A stretch of 64,000 nt of DNA, taken from the NCBI GenBank assembly GCA_021790215.1, contig JAJYIG010000001.1:194-64193 (forward strand), given 5' to 3'. A program made the translations under genes and the position numbers. How positions within the stretch are numbered: position 1 is the stretch's first letter; the number at the start of each line of letters is the position of its first letter. Below are positions 10,122 through 19,653 of the stretch, in pieces. Source of the stretch: a bacterium (GTDB lineage Bacteria; Patescibacteriota; Microgenomatia; UBA8517). The notes below the pieces were generated by a model. That model made no database searches. It was not told where the DNA came from and saw only the letters and a list, made by a program, of their open reading frames with translations.

Positions 10122-11092
10122 CCACGCGCAAGAAAAGAATGATGAAGCGGTGCCAAAGTGAAAATTGGTTTTTTCAAAAATTTCCAGCCAAAGATCTGAA
10201 TTGCAGACGAAGCGACTTCAACTACAAAAATTCCACCAATAATAAGGAGGGCAACGATCTTCCCGGAAAGAAGACCTATTACTGCCAAAGTTGCGCCAAA
10301 TGATAGTGCACCCGCATCACCCAGGAAAATTCTTGCAGGCCAAACATTGAAATACAAGAAAGCTAGAAGTCCGCCAATCCATAAGGAAACAAAGATGGAT
10401 AAGGGAGTGTCTATCCTCCCGGCAGCAATAATCTCAAATGCAAAGAGACAAATTACCAAAAGTCCCACAGATAGTCCGTCGAGTCCGTCTGTAATATTAA
10501 AAGCATTTGAAAAAGAAACAATAGCTGCTGCAGCAAACGGAATATACCAAGGGCCCAAGTTCCAAACTATTCCGAAAATGGGAATATTAACAATTTGGAT
10601 ACCAAGAAGCTTATACATCATAAACCCTATTGAAAATCCCAAAATCCACTGCAAAAGGAATTTAGTACCGCGTCTTAATCCAAACCAAAGACCCAAGAAT
10701 CCTTTTGTCGGTTTTGCAAACATTTTGAGAAGATCATCGGACAAACCAAGAATACCAAAGGACAGGAAAGTAAAGAATATGACAAAAAGTTCAGAGTGCA
10801 AAGGGTAAGAGGTTTTTATAAAAATTCCCACCCGTTCAGCAAGCGGAAAAAGTATTGCAAATAGAAGACAAAGAAGAAAAATTATTAAAATTCCGCCGCC
10901 CACCGGCGTTCCGGCTTTTTTATCGTGAAGCTTATCAAAAAGCGGGACTTTACCGGTTTTTGGCGCCTCACGCCGCCTAGTGAAATGCAATCTATAAAGT
11001 AAGTCGATAAAAGGAATTATCAAAACAGAGGATATTAAGAAGGAAAAAATAATAATACCCAATGCTAATGGCAAAAAATGAGAGGTGGTCAT
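10037..11092 (-). CDS. mraY: MraY, phospho-MurNAc-pentapeptide translocase
   Basis: 351 aa polytopic with NAFNITDGLDGLSVGL, the conserved MraY/WecA motif. Confidence 0.93.
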   Translation of the reverse strand: MTTSHFLPLALGIIIFSFLISSVLIIPFIDLLYRLHFTRRREAPKTGKVPLFDKLHDKKAGTPVGGGILIIFLLCLLFAILFPLAERVGIFIKTSYPLHSELFVIFFTFLSFGILGLSDDLLKMFAKPTKGFLGLWFGLRRGTKFLLQWILGFSIGFMMYKLLGIQIVNIPIFGIVWNLGPWYIPFAAAAIVSFSNAFNITDGLDGLSVGLLVICLFAFEIIAAGRIDTPLSIFVSLWIGGLLAFLYFNVWPARIFLGDAGALSFGATLAVIGLLSGKIVALLIIGGIFVVEVASSAIQIFGWKFLKKPIFTLAPLHHSFLARGWQEPKIVMRAWILGILLAVFGLWLATI

Positions 11093-11122
11093 AAAAACCT
11101 AGGGTACAATGCCCTGAGAGAC

Positions 11123-11152
11123 ATTATATACTACTTGTGAAAACTATGACAA
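11123..11152 (-). promoter_or_regulatory. Candidate internal sigma70-like promoter for mraY (-35 TTGTCA, 18-nt spacer, -10 TATAAT on the minus strand)
   Basis: Reverse complement of 11147-11152 is TTGTCA and of 11123-11128 is TATAAT; it lies in the 65-nt gap between the FemAB-like gene and mraY. Confidence 0.3.
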
Positions 11153-11157
11153 TCAAG

Positions 11158-12180
11158 CTAAAGACGTCTCAAAAATTTTCTAATTCTCTCAAACAAATAT
11201 GTCAACCAATATAGCGGCGAAGTGGGCAGGTCACTAGCATGTAACCAATCTACCCTTTGTCCACCAAATCCGGTCTTGAATAAAGTTACTCCTGCAAAAC
11301 GATGATTCGGATTATTGTTCGGTGCAACTCCCCATAAATTATAGTATTTCAAACTACGTCTTTTTGCCTCCTGGATAATTTTCCATTGAAGGTAGTAAGA
11401 AAATGGCAAGCTAGGATATTTAGATGTTGATGCACTGAAATGATAGTAGGCAGCATTCCCATAAAATATTATTATTGCAGCTGCTAACACCTTCCGGTTC
11501 AACTTACACTCAAAAACACGCACACGATTGTCTTTTGCAAACGTTTCTATCTCTGCCTCAAACAGCTTTTGAGGAAAACCTACAAATTTATGACGTTTAG
11601 CAGTTTCCACTTGGAGATCGAACAATATCTTTGCCCTCCTCGGATCCTCTGACAACTCAACACTCAAACCGGAACCCAAACCTTTTTTCACAAGATACCT
11701 TGTCGATTTTCTCATTCCCATAAGTATTTTTTCTTCATCCTGGCTAATATCCAATATCCACGTATTTTCTGCATGAAGATGCATCGGCGCAGAGACAAAT
11801 CCAAATGATTTAAGAAGTTCTCTGTTATCTCTGGATTCAAGTATTTCCGGGCGTATTCTAACAAACCAAACACCTTCAGTATATGCAAGACTTCCTATCT
11901 CATCGACAAAAAAACGAAGCAGTTTTTTATTTCCAAAATCAAGAACAGGCCCGCCAGGGACAATCAGATGAGGCCCTCTTTTTGCATCCTCTCTGATAAG
12001 AAGGCATATGCCCACAAGTTTTTTCCCTTGGAAGAAACCAAGACGAAAAATTTTTGCTCCCATTCGTTCATTGACTTCACCCCAGTTCCACGACTGAAGA
12101 AATGACTTAGGATCTTTAGACAGCAAGAATCTCTCCCAAACCGCTTTATCTTCTATTACTTTTGATTTGTACTTCTCCAT
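11158..12180 (-). CDS. FemAB-family peptidyltransferase (FemX-like; tRNA-dependent addition of amino acids to the lipid II stem peptide)
   Basis: 340 aa. YYHFSASTSKYPSLPFSYYLQWKIIQEAKRRSLKYYNLWGV matches the FemAB C-terminal core (YYYGxS...Y...LQW..I..A...G...YDF.G). Lies inside the dcw cluster. Confidence 0.7.
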   Translation of the reverse strand: MEKYKSKVIEDKAVWERFLLSKDPKSFLQSWNWGEVNERMGAKIFRLGFFQGKKLVGICLLIREDAKRGPHLIVPGGPVLDFGNKKLLRFFVDEIGSLAYTEGVWFVRIRPEILESRDNRELLKSFGFVSAPMHLHAENTWILDISQDEEKILMGMRKSTRYLVKKGLGSGLSVELSEDPRRAKILFDLQVETAKRHKFVGFPQKLFEAEIETFAKDNRVRVFECKLNRKVLAAAIIIFYGNAAYYHFSASTSKYPSLPFSYYLQWKIIQEAKRRSLKYYNLWGVAPNNNPNHRFAGVTLFKTGFGGQRVDWLHASDLPTSPLYWLTYLFERIRKFLRRL

Positions 12181-13430
12181 AAATTTACAAGATTTGAAAT
12201 CCTCGTCGCTTCCTTCGCTGAAGTATTAATGTGAGTTGGAAGATTTAAGATTTGCTTTGAAATTTGTTCCGCCATAGGGCATTCTCCTTGATAACTTGTT
12301 TTAGCAAGCATTCTTCTTGGTGCAATGGGTGCATCATACCAAATATCTGAAACGTAAACCCTGTGACTTTTCAAATAAGTAACAAGGCCATTTCTGTTCT
12401 CTGTAAAAATCGGGTACCTTATGTTTGACGATTGATTGATATTCTTATTTAAATCATTCGATAACAAACTCTTATCAATAATCTCCATATATATCCTAGC
12501 AATTTTTCTTCGATGTCTGAGCTCAGAGTCAAATGAGGAAAACTTGTAATTAATCATAAAAGAATACCAATGAGGCAACCTGTGATATAAAACCAAATCC
12601 CTACCACCGATAGGTTGTGAAAGTACCTTTATTTTCTTCAGCAGAAAGTGTAAACCCCTTCCTAATCCAATTCGATAAAGACACCGAACCTTATACGTTA
12701 GGATTGGGTACAGTCGGTCTTTAAACCTTCTGATACTAGAAACATCAAAATACTGTATTTCTTTAAGACCCTTGTTAAACTTCTTGTTTCGTACAATCAG
12801 TGCGCCACCTGAAACGCCATCTATTATCTTATCCTGGCTGAACGAAAGCGTTGTAAAATCGCCAATTTTCCCAGCTTCCATACCATTTGAATAAAGGGTA
12901 CCTACACTATGAGCTAAATCTTCAATCAGAATAGTTTTATTTTTACTACAGTATTTTTTGATCTCCGCAATATCAACTGGATTACCAAGCGTATTTTGGA
13001 TAATGATAGCTTTCAGGTTTTTCACCTTTTCTAGTGCCTTGGACGAAAAATTCAAACTCTTGTCTATGTCTATATAGACAGGAATACACCCTGCTTCTAC
13101 CACGGCTTCATAAACCACAAAGCAAGTTAGCCCATTTACACCTATTCTGCTCCCTTTAGGGAATTGACACAGGTCAAGAGCTAACTTAATAGCTTCCCTG
13201 CCTTTATAGAGCAAAACTGGCTTTCCATCATATTTAGTATTCAAAAACTTTTTCAACTTCTCGCCTTCACCAAGAGTTCTCGAGGTAAAAAATGACTTAA
13301 CAACATATGCAAGGTTGTAATTTGAACCAAGCGAATTAAATACCATTTTTAATAATATTCCAGACTCTCTCGGGATGAGTATAAAAAGGGGTGTGTCTTG
13401 CTCCGTCAACAATAACCAATCTTGAACCAC
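12156..13430 (-). CDS. DegT/DnrJ/EryC1/StrS-family PLP-dependent aminotransferase-like protein
   Basis: Fold landmarks VNGLTCFVVYEAVVEAGCIPVYIDID, AIIIQNTLGNPVDIAEI, ILIEDLAHSVG and the putative Schiff-base Lys in LSFSQDKIIDGVSGGALI. Probable true start is the internal Met (MVFNSLG...) near 13346. Confidence 0.65.
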   Translation of the reverse strand: MVQDWLLLTEQDTPLFILIPRESGILLKMVFNSLGSNYNLAYVVKSFFTSRTLGEGEKLKKFLNTKYDGKPVLLYKGREAIKLALDLCQFPKGSRIGVNGLTCFVVYEAVVEAGCIPVYIDIDKSLNFSSKALEKVKNLKAIIIQNTLGNPVDIAEIKKYCSKNKTILIEDLAHSVGTLYSNGMEAGKIGDFTTLSFSQDKIIDGVSGGALIVRNKKFNKGLKEIQYFDVSSIRRFKDRLYPILTYKVRCLYRIGLGRGLHFLLKKIKVLSQPIGGRDLVLYHRLPHWYSFMINYKFSSFDSELRHRRKIARIYMEIIDKSLLSNDLNKNINQSSNIRYPIFTENRNGLVTYLKSHRVYVSDIWYDAPIAPRRMLAKTSYQGECPMAEQISKQILNLPTHINTSAKEATRISNLVNLWRSTNQK

Positions 13431-14055
13431 GAATCAGCTTTTCCATAATTCTTCCGTCAGAAAGTGGAGTTATTGTATCGTCCCTGCCCCAGATAATAAG
13501 CGTAGGTGTTTCTATTTCATCTAAATATGGTACTAAATCAGTACGTGTTAAATTTACCATCGATATCTTCATATTCGCAGACGCTTTCTGATAGTCACGC
13601 TCTCTTGCAAGGTAATATAAAAGGTTCTTCAGCGAATCCGACTTAGTAACCTTCTTACCGATGCTACTGAGAGTGCCAAAAACAAAACGTTTTATCTGAA
13701 GGAACAGCTCCTTATGATAAACACCGGCCGGGTCAATCAAAATCAGTTCTTGGAACTTTTCAGGGTGCTTCGCTGCAAAATAGGCTGCAATTCTACCACC
13801 ATTACTATGTCCCAAAAGTACAATCTTTCCCTTAATTTTATTTAACTCATCTCCAAGCCAGTCAGAATACCTTTCAATATCCCACACCTCATCCGAAGGC
13901 GCAGTTAAACCCGGAATCTTAAGAAAGATTAATTCACAACCGTCCTTTTTTAATAACTTTGCAAAGGTTTTCCACTTATCCAACGAATAGGTCCAACCAT
14001 GCAAAACATATATTTTTTTAATCACAGTCCCCATTTTTTCCTCCTTATCTCCCAA
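13336..14055 (-). CDS. Alpha/beta-fold hydrolase
   Basis: 239 aa. Nucleophile elbow LLGHSNGG, acid GRDDTITP and His GARHTPF give a catalytic triad pattern. Confidence 0.8.
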   Translation of the reverse strand: MGDKEEKMGTVIKKIYVLHGWTYSLDKWKTFAKLLKKDGCELIFLKIPGLTAPSDEVWDIERYSDWLGDELNKIKGKIVLLGHSNGGRIAAYFAAKHPEKFQELILIDPAGVYHKELFLQIKRFVFGTLSSIGKKVTKSDSLKNLLYYLARERDYQKASANMKISMVNLTRTDLVPYLDEIETPTLIIWGRDDTITPLSDGRIMEKLIRGSRLVIVDGARHTPFYTHPERVWNIIKNGI

Positions 14056-15278
14056 ATTTTTTCTCTTCTAGAAAGCATTTCAATATTCTTCTTATTTTTA
14101 AGTAGATGTTCAATTACCCCTTCAAGAAATCTTGCTCCCTTAAAAAGGATAATCTCTCCGCCTCTTAGGTTGCTTTTAAGATATTCCAAAACCTCTTTCG
14201 GACCGAGGAACGCCACCGTACTATCCGGTAAAAGCGGTTTGGTGTATTGAGTAACCCTGGGCCCCATTAAAATTATCCTATCAAACTTAAAATTTAAGAT
14301 CAGTTTTGCAAGATTCTCATGTTCCTCCTTCTCTTCTTTTCCTTGTTCAAGCATGTCTCCCAAGACTACCCACTTCTTCCTGGCTTTTATCTTGCCAAAC
14401 ATGCCAACAACAGCAGACATTGAATCCATATTTGCATTGTAAGTACTATCTACTATGGTAGTACCTTTAATTCCTTCAAAAAGTGAGTTTCGCCCCGGGG
14501 GCAAAATAAATTTTCCAAACGTTACATCAAACTCAATACCTAAGTAATTTGTAATTTGCCTTGCCATAAGTATCGAGGTAGATATCTCACCTGGCATTAA
14601 ATATCTAAAACTCACAACAAAATCATCAAATTTAAATTCCGTTTTTCCCAAACTAATTGAGTAATTTTTCAAACTATGTTTAGAGGAAACAGAAACAACA
14701 TTTGCCATTGTCCTTCCAAGCTCGCTGGCCTCATACAAATCGTCATCATTAATTATGACGAGGTTTCGGGTGCGTTCAATAAAATAACCAAATTCATATG
14801 CAATTGCGTTTTCAATTCTTGAAAATTTGTTCTTTCCTACCAGCCTATCAAAGTTCATACTGTGAGTTCTTGATACGTTGGTCCAAGCAGTTACCTCAGG
14901 TTTTAGAAGAGAACTAATGAAATTTCCTTCATAGGGTCTGTCGCAGTCCGCTTCAACAATATATATCTTTTCTCTCGGAACTGGTTTGAAAAGACTAAAG
15001 ATAGGAAGAAAAACTATCTTGGGCCATTCAATAAATGTGAGGTCCTTTCTATGAATTCCCAAAATATCAAAGGGGATTCCGAACGAACTATTGGCCTCGT
15101 GTGTGTATTTTGCCTTATCTCCAATCTGGGACTCCACCAAATGAAGTAGTGTGGTCTTTCCACTCGATCCTGTAATGACAATTATTCTCGGATTCCAAAA
15201 TTTAAGTCTGAGAGAAGCAAAAAAACGAAAATAAAAGGCAAGTGGAAAGTAAAAAAGCCTTTTAATTCTTATGTACAT
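14022..15278 (-). CDS. murF: Mur ligase, MurF-like (UDP-MurNAc-tripeptide:D-Ala-D-Ala ligase) lacking the usual N-terminal domain
   Basis: P-loop IVITGSSGKTT at residue about 33, IVDSTYNANMDSMSAVVG, and the C-terminal domain GDMLEQG (MurF GDMLELG). Confidence 0.65.
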   Translation of the reverse strand: MYIRIKRLFYFPLAFYFRFFASLRLKFWNPRIIVITGSSGKTTLLHLVESQIGDKAKYTHEANSSFGIPFDILGIHRKDLTFIEWPKIVFLPIFSLFKPVPREKIYIVEADCDRPYEGNFISSLLKPEVTAWTNVSRTHSMNFDRLVGKNKFSRIENAIAYEFGYFIERTRNLVIINDDDLYEASELGRTMANVVSVSSKHSLKNYSISLGKTEFKFDDFVVSFRYLMPGEISTSILMARQITNYLGIEFDVTFGKFILPPGRNSLFEGIKGTTIVDSTYNANMDSMSAVVGMFGKIKARKKWVVLGDMLEQGKEEKEEHENLAKLILNFKFDRIILMGPRVTQYTKPLLPDSTVAFLGPKEVLEYLKSNLRGGEIILFKGARFLEGVIEHLLKNKKNIEMLSRREKIWEIRRKKWGL

Positions 15279-15285
15279 ACACTAA

Positions 15286-16059
15286 TTATAAATCGACCTT
15301 GGTTATTTTGTCTTGAAGCTTTTGCCCCAAGAAGATTTCAGCCATCCTAGTAAAACGTTCGGTAAAATCTGTAACAAAGTAAGTGCTTTTGCCTACCAAA
15401 TTTTGGGAGTTTAACATCGAGTTTACTTTTAAATATTCGTAAACTTGTTTAGCCGCGGCTTTACCAGGATCAATTAACTTCACTCGATAATCAACCTCAC
15501 TCTCAATAATATTTTGGATAATCGGGTAGTGGGTACATCCCATTATCAGGGTATCTATTTTCTTTTTTTTAAAAGGATCTAAATATTTTTTAGCAATTAG
15601 TTTAAGTGCAGGTGTGTCAATTTCATCCTCCTCAATAAAGGGAACAAATAGAGGACAGCTTTGGGAATAAGAAACTTTATATGCGCCACTCTCGATTGTT
15701 CCCCTGGTACCGATTACTCCAATTTTTCCGGTTTTTGAAATCTTCCTTGCTTCGTCAATAGCCGGAGTAATTACGTCAAAGATCGGAACTCCCAATTTCT
15801 TTTTTAGAGCATTACCAGCAAGAGCCGAGGCGGTATTGCAGGCAATAACAATGCACTTAACTTTTTTATCCAAAAGAAAATTTGCATCTTCAAATGCAAA
15901 TTTTGTTACTGTTTCTTTACTTCTTGTTCCATAAGGAACTCCGGCAGTGTCTCCCAAATAAATAAAATCCTCATGCGGCATAAGTTTTATTAACTGCTTC
16001 AAAACTGTTAAACCACCAAGACCTGAGTCAAAAACTCCAATAGGATTTTCTTTAGTCAT
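15286..16059 (-). CDS. murI: Glutamate racemase
   Basis: VFDSGLGGLTV, GDTAGVPYG, IACNTAS and MGCTHYP motifs. Confidence 0.92.
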   Translation of the reverse strand: MTKENPIGVFDSGLGGLTVLKQLIKLMPHEDFIYLGDTAGVPYGTRSKETVTKFAFEDANFLLDKKVKCIVIACNTASALAGNALKKKLGVPIFDVITPAIDEARKISKTGKIGVIGTRGTIESGAYKVSYSQSCPLFVPFIEEDEIDTPALKLIAKKYLDPFKKKKIDTLIMGCTHYPIIQNIIESEVDYRVKLIDPGKAAAKQVYEYLKVNSMLNSQNLVGKSTYFVTDFTERFTRMAEIFLGQKLQDKITKVDL

Positions 16060-17362
16060 TCTGAAGAGATTCTACAGCCTTTTTGAATTGATTTCCCCTA
16101 TCCTTGTAATTTCGAAACATGTCAAAGGAGGCAGAGGCCGGCGATAAGATAACCACTCCTCCTTTTGGTGTAACTTCATACGCCTTCTTAACTATCTTAT
16201 CCATCGACGAATACCCCAAATCAAACATTTCACCTTTAAAGACATGGTCTTTAAAGGTATCTAAAATCTTTACCCTAGTGTCACCAACCAAAATGATGTT
16301 TATGATATTTTTTTTCTTCACTATCTCACGCGCCAGGTCAGCATAATCCAATCCTTTATCACTTCCTCCCAAAATCAATGTCTCCGGCTCGGAAAAAGAA
16401 TTTATTGCAGCAATTGTAGGTTGAGGTCCCGTTGCAAAAGAATCATTATAAAAAGTCACGCCACCCACCGTACTAACAAGTTCCAAACGATGTTCCAAAC
16501 CTTTAAAGTTTTTTACCGTCTCAAGAATTTTATCATCACCAACTTCTAAAATCCTGCCGACAGAAACCGCCGCAGCAATATTTTCTAAATTATGTTCTCC
16601 CCTTAAAAGCAGCTTTTCTTTGAATTTACTATCTAAAAATTCTTTCGAAAAAAATATTACTTTCCCTTTTGTAAATTCTGCGAAGCTTCTTGAAGTTTCA
16701 TATTCCTCGTTTATAAGCGAATAATCAGAAGGTTTTTGATGACTGACGATATTTCTTTTTGCCTCAACATACTCTTCCCGATTCTTGTGCCAATCAAGGT
16801 GATCAACAGTAATATTAAGAACCACAGCAATGTGTGGACTAACATTCATATCTATAAGTTGGAAAGAAGACATTTCCATTATTACGAGACTATCAGAAGA
16901 CAGCTCCGGCAAAAGCTCCAAATAAGGCTTACCTATATTCCCAGCAAGATAGACATTCTTTCCTGCTGCTTTCAAAATCTCATAAACTAAAGTCGATGTT
17001 GTCCCTTTACCTTTAGTACCGGTCACGCCAATAATTTTGCCCGGACATTCATCAAAAAATATTTTTATGGGGCTTGTAATTATTACACCTGATTCCTCCG
17101 CAGAAATTATTTCAGGGATATATCTGTAAACTCCGGGTGAACGGACAATCAGGTCAAAATCATTGAGCCCTTCCTTTAGGTAATCTTGTCCGAGCTTCCA
17201 TGAAACGTCGTTCACGTTGAGCTTCTCAATACTTTCATTTCGGTCAAAAACGGTGATCTTTGCACCTCGTTTTCTCAAAAAATTCAAGGCATCTTTCCCT
17301 TCCAAGCCAAAACCCAAAATCGCAACATTTTTATTTCTATATTCCATATTGTTTGTATTCAT
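16052..17362 (-). CDS. murD: MurD, UDP-MurNAc-L-Ala:D-Glu ligase
   Basis: N-terminal Rossmann VAILGFGLEGKDALNFL, then the Mur ligase P-loop IIGVTGTKGKGTTSTL. Confidence 0.9.
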   Translation of the reverse strand: MNTNNMEYRNKNVAILGFGLEGKDALNFLRKRGAKITVFDRNESIEKLNVNDVSWKLGQDYLKEGLNDFDLIVRSPGVYRYIPEIISAEESGVIITSPIKIFFDECPGKIIGVTGTKGKGTTSTLVYEILKAAGKNVYLAGNIGKPYLELLPELSSDSLVIMEMSSFQLIDMNVSPHIAVVLNITVDHLDWHKNREEYVEAKRNIVSHQKPSDYSLINEEYETSRSFAEFTKGKVIFFSKEFLDSKFKEKLLLRGEHNLENIAAAVSVGRILEVGDDKILETVKNFKGLEHRLELVSTVGGVTFYNDSFATGPQPTIAAINSFSEPETLILGGSDKGLDYADLAREIVKKKNIINIILVGDTRVKILDTFKDHVFKGEMFDLGYSSMDKIVKKAYEVTPKGGVVILSPASASFDMFRNYKDRGNQFKKAVESLQND

Positions 17363-17388
17363 GTATTACTACATGAATACATTGAAAA

Positions 17389-19653
17389 TTAAAAGTTTAT
17401 TAACTGGACTTCACGCTCCAGCCTTACACCAAATTTTCTAAAAACATCGGCAATTATATTTTCTGAAAGATCGTAAATATCTGAGGCACTAGATTTACCA
17501 TCAGGATTTATTAAAATAAGAGAGTTTCTGGATGAAACGGCAGCAGTCTTATAACTTTTACCCTTCCAACCGGCTTGTTCTATCAACCACGCTGCAGAAA
17601 CTTTAAAGGATTTACCAAAAGGAAAAATTTTTATTTCCGGATATTCTTTCTTCAATCTAGTTTCTGCATCCTGGGAGACAATCGGGTTTTTGAAAAAAGA
17701 TCCGGCATTGCCAATCTTTTTCGGATCCTCCAACTTTTCTGACCTAGCTTTTAAAACTGCGTTCCTTACCTGAAGTAAAGTAGAATTTTCAGAAAGATAG
17801 TTCTTAAGAGTTTCATAACCAATAAATGGTTTTCCACCTTTATTGAGTTTTAAAGTTACTTCTGTTATTAAAAATTTTTGCCAATGAGACTTTTTCTTAA
17901 AAATACTTTCTCTATAATCAAATTTACAATCTTCTTTATCGAAAGTGACAAATTTTTCTATATCAATGTTGTAAGCTTTAAGGCTCACAAAAACATCCTT
18001 CAGTTCCTGCCCATACGCTCCGATATTTTGTATGGGGGCAGCTCCTACTGTGCCGGGAATACCGGACATACACTCGATTCCCTGCAAATTATTCCGAACA
18101 GAATAGTCGACCAAATCGTCCCACTTCATTCCGGCACCTGCCGTAACCAAAGCTTCGTTCCCGTTAAAATTTACGTTAACGCTTTTACCCGAGAACTTAA
18201 TAACAATCCCATCAAAATCTTTGTCGCTAGGGAGGATGTCACTTCCACCTCCAATAATAAAAAATGGTTGATCATTCTTTTTAATTTCCTTCACCATTGC
18301 AGGTATCTCCACCTCTGAGTCAATCTCAACATATCGATTAATTTTTCCGCCAACCCTAAAGGTTGTAAGATCGGAAAATTTGACAGGAAGTAAATTGGCA
18401 ATTTCCCTCGCCCATAGGTAGCTTTTTCCGGCACCCATGACCAAGACAATATCACCTTCTCTTAAATCACGCAGCAATATATCTTTAATTTCTTCAAACG
18501 AATCAAATCCTTTCGCATCCTTATGTCCTGTCTCCTTTGCAACAATTTCCGGGGTAATTCCGAACGTCTCCTTATCGCGTGCCTTGAAAATCGGCCCGAT
18601 TAAAACTTTATCAGCATCCATAAAAGAATTTTTATATAAAGAAAGTAGGGCCTTGGTTCTGACAAAACCGTGCGGTTCATCGATAGCCCAAATCTTTGAT
18701 TTTGGGTAAACCTCGCGAAGCGCCGAGATTGTTGCCGCGATTGCTGTGGGGTGATGGGCATAATCATCATAAACTTTTACACTGCTTCTATCCGAAATAA
18801 GCTCAAGTCTCCTACCAATACCTTTGAAATTTTCAAGAGAGTCCCTAATGGTTTCATTTTTAATTCCCAGAAGTTCTGCAAGTTTCAAAACCCCCAAAGC
18901 ATTTGCAATATTGTGTTTACCCGGAATCTTCAGAGTAAAACCAAGGCTCTCTTTAGATGGAAAATATTTAATAATTTTGATATCGGCAGTATCAAGAGAT
19001 ACCAAAAGTTTTTGTATTCCTTCTGACTCCCCGTTAACGATCAGGGTTTTTTCTCCAACCAGGTTCCCGACAAATTTAGAAAAACTTTTAATTACCTCCT
19101 CCTCAGAAGCAAAATAATCGGGATGGTCAAACTCGATGTTATTTAGAACAATAATTTCCGGGTGATAATTCAGAAAATTATCGTTAAATTCATCTGCTTC
19201 AATGACAAAATACTCCCCCTTTCCATACCTGGAATTCCCGTTCCACTCAGGGACAGTCGCTCCAAGAACTACCGTGGGGTCCAGTCCGGCATCAACGAGA
19301 AGACGACCGGTCATTGCTGTTGTTGTAGATTTGCCATGAGTTCCTGCTACGCAAATTACCTTTTTATCCTTTGCCAGATACTTTCCTGCAAATTCCTCCC
19401 AAGTTACAACCACTTTTCTTTTCTCACCTTCGATAAGCTCCGGGCTTTTATTTTTCTGGAAATATACAGCTGGCGTGACAACCAATAAATCAATACCTTC
19501 CAAGTGTTTTGGATTGTGGCCCTGGATTATGTCACCGGAATATGCAGTACTTTTCTCCAAGTCACACCCCGTAATTTCATATCCCATGTTGGCAGCAAGC
19601 TTGGCAACTCCTGCCATTCCGCTTCCTCCAATTCCCATCATGTGAATTCTCAT
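17389..19653 (-). CDS. murC/murB: Bifunctional MurC-MurB fusion (UDP-MurNAc:L-Ala ligase fused to UDP-GlcNAc-enolpyruvate reductase)
   Basis: 754 aa. Residues 1-~440 are MurC (HMMGIGGSGMAGVA, VCVAGTHGKSTTTAM). Residues ~445-754 are MurB (TTFRVGG, FIIGGGSDIL, IPGTVGAAPIQNIGAYGQE; FAD-binding/PCMH fold). The domain boundary is near nt 18320. A 4-nt ATGA overlap with murE gives translational coupling. Confidence 0.85.
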   Translation of the reverse strand: MRIHMMGIGGSGMAGVAKLAANMGYEITGCDLEKSTAYSGDIIQGHNPKHLEGIDLLVVTPAVYFQKNKSPELIEGEKRKVVVTWEEFAGKYLAKDKKVICVAGTHGKSTTTAMTGRLLVDAGLDPTVVLGATVPEWNGNSRYGKGEYFVIEADEFNDNFLNYHPEIIVLNNIEFDHPDYFASEEEVIKSFSKFVGNLVGEKTLIVNGESEGIQKLLVSLDTADIKIIKYFPSKESLGFTLKIPGKHNIANALGVLKLAELLGIKNETIRDSLENFKGIGRRLELISDRSSVKVYDDYAHHPTAIAATISALREVYPKSKIWAIDEPHGFVRTKALLSLYKNSFMDADKVLIGPIFKARDKETFGITPEIVAKETGHKDAKGFDSFEEIKDILLRDLREGDIVLVMGAGKSYLWAREIANLLPVKFSDLTTFRVGGKINRYVEIDSEVEIPAMVKEIKKNDQPFFIIGGGSDILPSDKDFDGIVIKFSGKSVNVNFNGNEALVTAGAGMKWDDLVDYSVRNNLQGIECMSGIPGTVGAAPIQNIGAYGQELKDVFVSLKAYNIDIEKFVTFDKEDCKFDYRESIFKKKSHWQKFLITEVTLKLNKGGKPFIGYETLKNYLSENSTLLQVRNAVLKARSEKLEDPKKIGNAGSFFKNPIVSQDAETRLKKEYPEIKIFPFGKSFKVSAAWLIEQAGWKGKSYKTAAVSSRNSLILINPDGKSSASDIYDLSENIIADVFRKFGVRLEREVQLINF

